A stretch of DNA of 17,472 nucleotides from a bacterium (lineage in GTDB: Bacteria > Zhuqueibacterota > Zhuqueibacteria > Oceanimicrobiales > Oceanimicrobiaceae): contig JBHHXN010000113.1 of assembly GCA_046757025.1 (NCBI GenBank), forward strand, positions 1-17,472, in the 5' to 3' direction. The position numbers and the translations under genes are program-made. Positions 7,192 through 16,135 of this stretch are shown here, piece by piece (position 1 is the first letter of the stretch; the number at the start of each line of letters is the position of its first letter). The notes below the pieces were generated by a model. It worked only from the letters and a program-made list of their open reading frames with translations. It searched no databases and was not told where the DNA came from.

Positions 7192-9015
7192 TCAATTTGT
7201 TCCGGGAAATTTGCCGGGGTCGTTCCACGCTTCTATCTTCGCTTTTATCTCAAGAATATCCTCATCTTCGTCTTCGTCCAGGTACCAGTCTAAAGCCTTT
7301 TGATAAGCGATAAGAGCATTTTCTCTGTCATTCACTTTTTCATACAGCTCTCCTAAATCCTTATAAAGATCGGAATCGGCAGGATTGATCAGAATCGCCT
7401 TTTTCATTTCTGCAATAGCTAAATCATATTTTTTTTGTTTTTTATAAATGTCGGCTATTTCACTATTGGCATCCGAGCTGTCTTTTTCGTAAGTTAGCCA
7501 TTTTTTGCACCAGGCGATAGCCTGTTCGTAATCGCCTTTTGAATGATAAATATCTACCAGAACCTCGTAGCTAAAAGGATAGTTTGGTTTCTTTTGAATG
7601 GCCTGTTCTGCAAACACAATCGCTGAATCAACTTTCCCGAATTCAAAATAGCATTTTGCCATACCTGCCAGCGCTTCAATGCAAGTGGAATCCGCAGCAA
7701 ACGCCTTTTTCAATAGCGGGAAGGCTTCCTCATATTTACGGGCTTTTCGCAACTTTCGGCCCTGAGTGTAATATTTCGTGGCCTGTACGCGGTCATCGAT
7801 ATCTTCGAGATAGACGATATTCTCTTTATACGCCTGCACAGATTGGGGATCGCTTTTGTCGAGTGTAAATTCATCGATGATTTCATCGTTGATATTGAAT
7901 GACTTCAGGTGCAGCTTCTGACCCTCAATATTGATTTTCACAAAGCCGAAAACGCGCTCCGCATGCTGGGTCCATTCACGCCAGCCGATATAGCGCATGG
8001 GCGTTCCGCCGTTACCACAGACGACATAAGTGACCGGTTTGGCGCCGGCTTTGCTCATGATGGGCTTACTGCGTTCATAGTTGTGATCATGACCGCTAAA
8101 CACCACGTCCACGCCATATTTTTCGAATATGGGATGCAGCAGGTTTTTCAGCTCTATTCGACTGTTGCGGTAATAATTGCCGCCCGCGGTAAAAGGCGGA
8201 TGATGAGAATTGACAATCGTCCAGGTGGCCTGGTTGTTTTGCAGCTCCTTGAGCAACCATTTCATCTGCTCGCTATTTTCGGTTAACACGTCTTCATTTG
8301 TATCGAGAAAAAGAAAATGCGTATTGCCAAAGTCAAAGGAATACCACTTCTCGTTGCCTGGAAAAGTGAAAAAATTGTAGTAGTTTTCTGAATTGTCTTC
8401 ATGGTTGCCTATTGCGCCGAATAACGTGATTTCGCTCAACATTTTACTGGCGGGATTGAAAAACAGTTTTTGCCATTGTTTGTAAATGCCGCCACGATTA
8501 ACAAAGTCGCCGTTGTGGATGACAAAATTGGGCCGCTTATTCAAAATGAGCTTCGCGATCTTTTGATAATTAAAAGGTCCCTCTTTATTGTCGCCATAAA
8601 CCGCAAATGAAAACGGCGAATCTTCCCTGATCGCTGTTTCAAAGGTATGAATTTCGCTTTTTAAGTCGCCTGAGACTACCTGGTACTTGTAAACAGTCTC
8701 GATTTCCAGGCCGGTAAGCGTCACTTCATGAATAGCGGCCGAATCGGTTTCAGCGACTTCGTTTTCCTCAACGGCGTTTTTACCGAAAAGTACTTTGCCG
8801 ATATTCGGCCGTTGGCTTTCCCATTTGATGGTAATGGCGTCGGTTTTGACATTTTGCAAGTAAGGGCCTTTGAGCAATTTTGCCGGCTTTGGCTCAAACG
8901 ACGGCACGGAGCTCCACCAATTTTCGGATTGTTTTTGACAACTCGAGAAAGTAAAAATCAAAAAGCCGATTAGGATAAATTTACATCTTCTCACTGCGCT
9001 GGTTATGTATCTCAT
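7192..9015 (-). CDS. Lipoprotein: purple-acid-phosphatase-like FN3 domain + calcineurin-like metallophosphoesterase + C-terminal TPR repeats
   Basis: Lipobox FSS-C; GPYLQ...HEV.LTGL....Y.Y.V FN3-like domain; metal motifs VYGD, HNGDFV, IGNHED, SHHPP and FSGHDHNYER; helical TPR repeats from about aa 410 (e.g. AIAEMKKAILINP). RBS GGAG 5 nt upstream. Confidence 0.9.
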   Translation of the reverse strand: MRYITSAVRRCKFILIGFLIFTFSSCQKQSENWWSSVPSFEPKPAKLLKGPYLQNVKTDAITIKWESQRPNIGKVLFGKNAVEENEVAETDSAAIHEVTLTGLEIETVYKYQVVSGDLKSEIHTFETAIREDSPFSFAVYGDNKEGPFNYQKIAKLILNKRPNFVIHNGDFVNRGGIYKQWQKLFFNPASKMLSEITLFGAIGNHEDNSENYYNFFTFPGNEKWYSFDFGNTHFLFLDTNEDVLTENSEQMKWLLKELQNNQATWTIVNSHHPPFTAGGNYYRNSRIELKNLLHPIFEKYGVDVVFSGHDHNYERSKPIMSKAGAKPVTYVVCGNGGTPMRYIGWREWTQHAERVFGFVKINIEGQKLHLKSFNINDEIIDEFTLDKSDPQSVQAYKENIVYLEDIDDRVQATKYYTQGRKLRKARKYEEAFPLLKKAFAADSTCIEALAGMAKCYFEFGKVDSAIVFAEQAIQKKPNYPFSYEVLVDIYHSKGDYEQAIAWCKKWLTYEKDSSDANSEIADIYKKQKKYDLAIAEMKKAILINPADSDLYKDLGELYEKVNDRENALIAYQKALDWYLDEDEDEDILEIKAKIEAWNDPGKFPGTN

Positions 9016-9064
9016 AAAAACTCCGTGAGTTAATCAACATTGTTTTCAGGTAAATGCTCATTAT

Positions 9065-10108
9065 TTATAGTGTGGGAAATTGATCCCATTCAGGATGGTT
9101 CGTTAAATTCTTTAAATTTTGTCCATTGATATCCACTCTGTATATCTCACTATTGTTGAACTTGACAGAACCAAAAATAATCGACTTGCCATCGGGAGTA
9201 AACGTGGCATGTTGGTTGATATAATTTAATCCGTTCGTTAAATTCAAGAAGCCCTTGCCATCTGTATCCATAATACAGATATCTCGATATTTCATCCCTC
9301 TTTGATTGGATAGAAAAGTAATTTTCGAACCGTCGGGCGAAAAAATGGATTGCGTATTATAAGCATTGCTGTTCGTAAGCTTTTTCAAATTTGTGCCATC
9401 ATTCTTCATCAAATAGATATCTGAAAATTGACCAAATTCCGTGCTGAAGGCAATTTCAGCGCCATCCGGCGAGAAAACAGGATAGCGGTTATGGCCGCCA
9501 AATTCTGTTGTCAACTGTTTTCGAGAGCTGCCATCTGTGTCCATCGTGCAGATTATGTTTGCCCCCGCTCTCTTTGAGACGAAGATTAGCTTTGACCCAT
9601 CCGCTGAAAATGCCGGATCGAATTCATCATGCTTATTTCCGGATAAATTTCGTTCGCCGGAGCCGTCTGTATGGATGACATGGATTTGCCGGCGGCCGGC
9701 CATTCTCTTTACGAAAACAAGTTTGTCGCCTTGGGGATTAAAGGAAGCTTGCGGGTCGGCAAGACCTACACCGGTCAGATTCTGAATTGTACGGCTTTGA
9801 AAATCCAATAACTGGAGAGCCGGATTTTCTTGTTCAAAAGCGATAAACAGGATTTTCGTTTCCGACGGGGAAAGTAGCGGCCGGGACACACTGCGCACAG
9901 AAGATAAATCTTTGGTTAAATTTTCTTGCTGGCTGCCATCCGGATTCATCATGAAAATATCAAATTGCCTTTTGGGCGCATCGCGATTGGACAGGAACAC
10001 GATTTTGGAATATTCTTTTGTACGTTGGCTGTGAAATGCCCTACATCCGAATGTGAAAGTTATCAGAAGGCAAGCAAACAGCCATCGGTTCATCGTCTGG
10101 CAGTTCAT
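9065..10108 (-). CDS. TolB-like PD40/WD40 beta-propeller lipoprotein
   Basis: Lipobox TFG-C; repeated P.FS.DG.KI.F.S / DIY.M..DG...KNLT blades; ATGA overlap with the upstream gene. Confidence 0.88.
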   Translation of the reverse strand: MNCQTMNRWLFACLLITFTFGCRAFHSQRTKEYSKIVFLSNRDAPKRQFDIFMMNPDGSQQENLTKDLSSVRSVSRPLLSPSETKILFIAFEQENPALQLLDFQSRTIQNLTGVGLADPQASFNPQGDKLVFVKRMAGRRQIHVIHTDGSGERNLSGNKHDEFDPAFSADGSKLIFVSKRAGANIICTMDTDGSSRKQLTTEFGGHNRYPVFSPDGAEIAFSTEFGQFSDIYLMKNDGTNLKKLTNSNAYNTQSIFSPDGSKITFLSNQRGMKYRDICIMDTDGKGFLNLTNGLNYINQHATFTPDGKSIIFGSVKFNNSEIYRVDINGQNLKNLTNHPEWDQFPTL

Positions 10109-10854
10109 TTGAACAACTGCACCCCCACCATCACTACAAACATGGAAACAGTACGTTCTTCTCCCAGGATGGCGTTCTCACGCTTGAAAATTTCAGGAAA
10201 CATTCTTTCTGATAGCTTCCTCGTGCCTTCATACCGCGGCGAACTCAGCGCTAAATATCTGAATCCGATATTGTATCTTTGAGCAATGATCAGCCCCAGA
10301 CCAAATTCAAACCCAAAGTCTCTGGCAAATTCAAAACCGGTATCTTCAACAGTCAAATCATCCAGAGTTGCTTTGCGCGAGGCTGCTTTGGACCAATTTA
10401 CTCCGGCTTGCAGGATGCCATATACATTAAATTCATTCATGAGCTGAAAATCGTAACGAAAACCCGTCATGATGGGAACATTCACCCACCGGCCAAATTC
10501 AAACTCTACATTTACAGAATCTCCGAGCAGAGAACGAAATTTAGACTGCACCGTGGCTTCGTCAGCCGCATTAACAAAAACCCGGGTACTGAAAACCCAG
10601 TTGAGGCCCTTGAACCAAACAGGTGAAATCAATTCTGCGCCAGCACCAAATCCGGTGTTTGCGAGTCCGACCTTTTCCCCAATGTCGAAACCAGCCCTTC
10701 TGGTAATTTTGGCATCATTACCGATTTCCTTACCAAAATCTCCTTTTGGTAAAGAAGCACTTCCAAATAAGTGCAGGGTCAAATTGTTTGACTGAGCAAA
10801 AAGAGTACTGGCCATCAAGACCAAAAGCCATAAAAAAACAAGACTGCGCTTCAT
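10105..10854 (-). CDS. Outer-membrane beta-barrel protein
   Basis: Signal peptide (..TLFA-Q); amphipathic strands ASLPKGDFG, GFGAGAE, VPIMTGFRY, FGFEFGLG and IGFRY; C-terminal VGVQLFK. Confidence 0.75.
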   Translation of the reverse strand: MKRSLVFLWLLVLMASTLFAQSNNLTLHLFGSASLPKGDFGKEIGNDAKITRRAGFDIGEKVGLANTGFGAGAELISPVWFKGLNWVFSTRVFVNAADEATVQSKFRSLLGDSVNVEFEFGRWVNVPIMTGFRYDFQLMNEFNVYGILQAGVNWSKAASRKATLDDLTVEDTGFEFARDFGFEFGLGLIIAQRYNIGFRYLALSSPRYEGTRKLSERMFPEIFKRENAILGEERTVSMFVVMVGVQLFK

Positions 10855-11016
10855 TCTGTCATTCCTTTCATCATTCGGTTTCGAAAAATTAATGCATGCG
10901 ACTCCTACGTCGCAGGTATTTGCCCAATCAGGTTAGGACGACGGTCTATGTGCGCCAACCAAACCAAAAACAATCGTCCTTTCAAGCTCCTGATTTCTCA
11001 ATCATTTCATTTCGAT

Positions 11017-11076
11017 AAAAAACAGGGTGTGTCGCCTTCAGGCTGACAATTTCGATTCTGGACTGGCGCCACACCC
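11017..11076 (-). terminator. Putative intrinsic terminator / long stem-loop after the surface-protein gene
   Basis: The minus strand reads GGGTGTGGCGCC...GGCGACACACCC (11/12 pairs; arms 11065-11076 and 11025-11036), followed by TGTTTTTT. It lies 60 nt past the TAG at 11136. Confidence 0.6.
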
Positions 11077-11135
11077 ATTTTGAAAATCTGAACGATAATT
11101 AATCAAAAAGTGTCTGCGTTACAATAGGCTGACTT

Positions 11136-12801
11136 CTATTTCAAGAGCAGCATCTTCTTTGTCTGCACCTGTTTATCCGATTCCAGCCGATATAAATAGA
11201 GTCCGCTGGCTACCCGGCGACCGTTGTCGTCCAGACCATCCCACTGAAAAGAATACTCATCCGCCACTTGTCGTTTATCCTTTACCAGCGTCCGTATTTT
11301 TTGACCGAGGATGTTGTAAACCGTGAGATTTACGTTGGATGGCACGTTTAAACGATAAACGATGGTAGTGGACGGATTAAACGGGTTGGGGTAGTTTTGC
11401 TGCAATGTAAAGCGGTCGGGTACCGAAGGCTCATTCTCGTCGTCAACACCACTTATAAAATCTTCCCATTCCGCTTTTTTCGCTGGGAACCAATTCAAGT
11501 CGCCGAGTGGGAATCCGCCTTCTGCGTGGGTGTAGGACGCATCGGTTGTGGCATAATCAAAATCAAACTCGTCCGGAGCTGGACCGAAAGTGCTTGGATC
11601 ATCGCCCAGCGCTCCCGTCCCGTTTCGATCTTGGTGCATGTCCGGGTTACTTAAATTGTCTCGGTTAGTCGCAAGTCGATGTTGTGCATAGGCGACCACC
11701 GGGGCAATTGGGGGTGCATCGGTGAACGTTGGCAGCTCAGAAATGTTGTTTTCAGCGACCATGTTTGGGAACCTGTCAAGCATAGCCTGCCCCACATCAT
11801 TAAATAAGACCGGCGCATGCAATGTGTCCACGGAATTAAACCAGGCCATTAATTCCGGCGAAAATGCAAAATTATTGTTGGAATACATAATATTTCGCGC
11901 TTCTTCCGCCCTCAACTCCGGAGCCTTGAGTGAATCGAGATCGATGATTTCTGCCAGTAAAGTATCCGCAGGATTTCCAGGGCTTAAAATGGTTCCCTCG
12001 AACTGCATATCTACAAACAGGCTATTGGTGATTTTGGCATCGATGACCTTTTCGATTTCCACACGGTCACCAAATTGCACAACCGTAACATGGTCGAACA
12101 TCAGGTAATTGATTGGGGATCTATCAGACCGGATCAACCTCCCTGTTCCGGAGTAGAAAGTGCTGTTCTGAACAAACACCGTGTCTTGATGACGACCACG
12201 GGTATCGATCATTTTGCTGTCCCCCGGATCGACCAACGATCCGCAATTACGAAAAATGGAATCCTTGATGTACAATTTTTGGCTATCTGCGTTCATGCGG
12301 ACAAACGACTGGAAATTGTAATCGAGAAAACAGCCATAAATTTCGTAACGCCCGCCTTTCTTTTGGGCACGTATAGAGTTTTTAGAATCCTCAGTGAAGT
12401 TGCCCAAATCATCTATACCACTAATATACAAGTCCTTAAATAGGCCATCGTCGTTGGGTTTGAAGGCTCTGCTTGCTGCGCCAGTTTCATCGGTCGCAGG
12501 AATTATGATGGGCAGCGGGCCGTCGCCTTCGGCAGCGACCACACGTAAAGGCACCCCCGATAGACCCTCAACGGTGCCGTTCAACAGATAGAAGCCCCCC
12601 CCGTTCCAAACGATAAACTCGATTTAGGTTCTTCGGCGCCCCAGTCGCGGTTGTATCCCCTTCAACAGCGAGATTCAATGTTTCGAATCCTTGTGGTACG
12701 TCCAGGGTATCCGCTTCTTGTGCAATAGTCTTTTCAGATGTGATAAAGCTGATGGCGAAAGCAAAGATTACAAAAAGAATCATCGTCACTTGGCGATTCA
12801 T
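11136..12801 (-). CDS. Secreted/surface protein (~554 aa) with C-terminal T9SS-A/FlgD-Ig-like sorting domain; frameshifted at a G8 tract
   Basis: GGAGG (12813-12809), 7 nt, ATG at 12801, signal peptide ..TIA-Q. Deleting one G from the tract at 12595-12602 joins RVYRLERGG to FYLLNGTVEG of ORF 12584-11136. The middle is beta-helix-like, followed by GFPLGDLNWFP and the sorting domain FTLQQNYPNPFNPSTTI...WDGLDDNGRRVASGLYLYRL...KKMLLLK. Confidence 0.85.
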
Positions 12802-12867
12802 AATGTTCCCTCCTCTGTTTTGGTGAATAATTGAATTTTTTACCATTCGCTTTTTGAAAATGAATCT

Positions 12868-12876
12868 ATCACCTCC
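12868..12876 (-). promoter_or_regulatory. Orphan extended Shine-Dalgarno (GGAGGTGAT)
   Basis: Nine-nt match to the canonical 16S rRNA 3' end. The nearest downstream ATG (12846) is ~25 nt from GGAGG, and the gene has its own GGAGG at 12813-12809. Confidence 0.4.
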
Positions 12877-13010
12877 CTTTTTAATCTATTTTCTTGCTTT
12901 TTAACTCAATTCATGTATTTCTGCTTAATAATATGGCATTAGATGCTTCCAACTTGTATAGATGACCAGTTGAAAATCTGTTTTGATGGATTATTAAATA
13001 GTTTTCAGGA

Positions 13011-13043
13011 TTTCCCGAATTTACTTCGGGACTCAGCATGAAG
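13011..13043 (-). repeat. 33-bp REP-like hairpin repeat, copy 2 (3' of the receptor gene)
   Basis: TTTCCCGAATTTACTTCGGGACTCAGCATGAAG is the exact reverse complement of 3757-3789. Confidence 0.9.
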
Positions 13044-13118
13044 TAAAATGTTCTATTTAACTGTTTTTTCAAAACATAAATTCATAATTTGAAGTGAGAA
13101 ATGTTAGTCAATAATATA

Positions 13119-16035
13119 TTAAAATTTATAACCGACGCCAAAATCAGCCGTCCAACCATAGAATTCCCGCTGAGTTGGGAAACGCGTGGCTTGCTGAAAG
13201 GACTCGTCTGGTTCATCGGTGACGTTGTTCAAACTAACAAAGAGACCAATTTGGCTGGTCAATCTATATTTTATGGAAACGTCCCATCGCAGTAAATCAG
13301 CAGTGAATCCGTCATATTCCGGACGCTCACCGACAATAGTTAATGTTTTGCCTTGATAAAGCATGGAAAAGCGTGCGGAGAACGGTCCTTTGTCATATCC
13401 GATGGACAGATTGGCGATGTCATCCGCCTGATCCGGCATGTCCCCAACACGCGAGGAATCGACCACCGTCCTTTTTCTAAAAATCGGAGGGGGGGCGGGT
13501 TCGGATCTGACAAATGACCGCGGAAATCGTGTCTTAGACCAGATATGAGCAAAATTGGCGTTTAAAACGAGCCCATCAAATGGACGCGGCAGCCAGTGAA
13601 AATTGGTCTGCCATTCGATTTCAAAGCCTTTAATTTCGGTTTTGAAGGGGCTATTTTCTGGGCGATCGAGGGTCATGCCTTTTAAATTCGAAGGCAACCC
13701 TTCCGCATCCGGATTCAGAATCAGATGCCCTTCACGCTTAAATATGAGATCATCGACTTTTTTATAAAAACCACCGATGGTAAACAGACCAACCCGGTTA
13801 CCATAAAATGACAAAAACGCATCGTAGTTTGTCGAGATTTGGGGTTTCAGATCGGGACGTCCAAATTCAACACGAAACTCGCTTCCATGGACCTTTCTTT
13901 TTGGCAGCATCCAACTGAGCTGGGGTCGGGAGACGGTCCGGGTATAAGCCAGTCGAATGTCGAACCAGCCGGCGGGACGGACACGCACGTGAAACATCGG
14001 AAACCAGCGACCATAGTTATTAGTAGCCGTCGTATCTGAGACCAATGGATTTTCCAGAGAAGGTTCATCAAATTCCTTGGGAACGATCCCTTGTCGGCCG
14101 GTCATTGTAGCATTGGTTTTTTCATAACGCACGCCGGGCATGAACATAAAAAAGCGGCCAAAATTTATTTCGGTCATTATGTATCCAGCCAATACCTCTT
14201 CTTCGGTCTCGTAATCATCGAGATCTGCGACAGAGGAAAAACGGTATAACGAATCAGCAAGATAGGATCTAAGAAAATGATTTAATTCATCGCGGTCCAG
14301 TGCCACATCAAAAATGTTTAAATCACTGTACTCCCCCCCCCAAAAAGGATGGACCTACGTTGAAATTGGGATCAACATAATTATAAATACGTGCATCGCC
14401 TGCAAGCGTCCAGCCATACTCAAAATCCGGATCACCATAGCGAGTGTGGTGAAATACAAACTCGGGACCCTGGTGAACGTCCAGACGGCTCATGGAATGT
14501 CCCCTATCCCGTTCTTTTCTTTTGTTGATATACTTGCCACCAAATTTCAAATACCCGGCTATTTGTTTATTGAACATGTAAGGCATTTTAACATTGATCT
14601 GAGCATTATAATCGGTTTCCTCGGATTTTTCAGTAAAAAAATCACCTCGGTAAAGAAAGGAGTTATCCAAATTATTGTATGCGGCAGATATGATTTGCTC
14701 TGGTGAACGCGCTCCCACCAGTTGAGAAGCGTCAAATCCACTATTTTCCCTGAATCGAAACCGGCTATCAAACGGATGCCGGGTTAGTGAAGCGGTACGA
14801 GATAGACGCCAATCAATCTGCCCGAAGCCCGGCTCATGTTCCCCGGAGATAGAGTTTGTCAAGATATCAAGCTGGCGTTTCCGCTCACGAAATCTGCGGC
14901 TGTGGTTGTTCGAATCGGTATTATATTGATCTGTCCTGATTTTCTCGTGACGGTCCAACTGGCTTATGAAATTGCTGAACATCAATTTTCCATGCGGCAG
15001 TTCATAATCCATCAACACACTGAACCCCTGTCTTTCACGAACTTCATTGACATAATCAAAACTAACCTCTTCCGCACGAATTACATCCGCGATATTTTCA
15101 CCTTCGCGTAATTCATGAGCGAGATTATATCCGGCCTCAAATTTGTCGGTCCCGCGCTGAGCGCGTTCGATATTAACTGTGACCATGAGACCCAATTTCT
15201 CGTCTCAGAAACGGTTGCTGAGAATAGCACTCCCCTTATATTGTCCAGGCTCATCACGCTGGGCATTATAACCCTGATAAAAACGAAAATTTTGTCGATA
15301 CCCCCCGATTGGTGCATCGGCCAATTTAAAATTTACCGTACCGCCAAAAGCGTCGGCATCTTTATCGGGTGTGAGAACCTTGGTCACTTCAATGCCTGCC
15401 AGAATCTCTGGCGAAATCATGCTCATATCAACACTTCGATCCTCAAGATCGGTGGCTGGTATGCGTACACCGCCCACGGTGATAGAATTGTAGGTGGGCG
15501 ACAATCCTCGAATCACCACTTTGTTTCCCTCACCGCCACTTCTTTTAATAGAAATGCCGGGCAGCCGGCCCACCGATTCGGCGGCATTGGCGTCGGGTAA
15601 TTCCTGAATACGGTCCGCCGAAACCACGTTGACAATGGTATTGGAAGACAACTGTTGGTTGATAGCCTGAGCCTGCCCCTCTAACTGCGCAGTTACCACC
15701 ACCTTTTTGCCTTCAATCACCTCAAAATGCAATTCGGCATTTATCTGAGCCGTTTCATCTGCAACAACTTTCACCGGCATACTCATTTTTTTATAACCGA
15801 TAAATGAGACCACAAGCGTGTAATTGCCGGGCGAAACTCTCGGTATGCGATATTCCCCATCTAAATCTGTTGCGGCTCCAATAGCGGTTCCTTGCAGCAA
15901 AACATTGGCTCCAGGTAAAGGATCACCGGTTTCAGCATCGCGCACGGAACCGTTTATCTGGCCCGTACCGCCTGCAAAAACAATTCCTGCAAAACACAGC
16001 AGAACACAAATCGTCAAATACTGTCGATGCTTCAT
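13119..16035 (-). pseudogene. TonB-dependent receptor (~971 aa) interrupted by an in-frame TGA and a +1 frameshift in a G9 tract
   Basis: AAGGAG, 7 nt, ATG at 16035. Carboxypeptidase-regulatory-like N-domain (GSVRDAETGDPLPGANV), plug (LPDANAAESVGRLPGISI..SGGEG.KVVIRGL) and barrel ending GVGYKF. SNRF*(TGA 15207-15205)DEKLGLMV is continuous in frame. Removing one G at 14333-14341 gives SFLGGEYSDLNIFDVALDRD, joining ORF 14306-13119. Confidence 0.9.
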
Positions 16036-16135
16036 GACCATTCTCCTTAATATTTTCATTAAAAACAACGAAAAAGCTTCGGAAGATGATAGCCTTGGTT
16101 GGCAATCTTAATAGAAAATCAGCAGCCTTTGTTTT

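Noticed and set aside
10897..10932. c-di-GMP-I riboswitch from GGGCAAA on the minus strand
   Set aside because: It lacks the following CC..GAAA..GG stem and the second GCAAA element.
12957..13080. A fourth MITE around the 13011-13043 repeat
   Set aside because: Only TTGAAAA/TTTTCAA matches in AT-rich DNA; no convincing TIR or flanking repeat.
2631..15207. Selenocysteine or pyrrolysine insertion at the in-frame UGA/UAG codons
   Set aside because: These are not redox or methyltransferase active-site contexts, there is no properly spaced SECIS, and TolC and TonB receptors are not known Sec/Pyl proteins.
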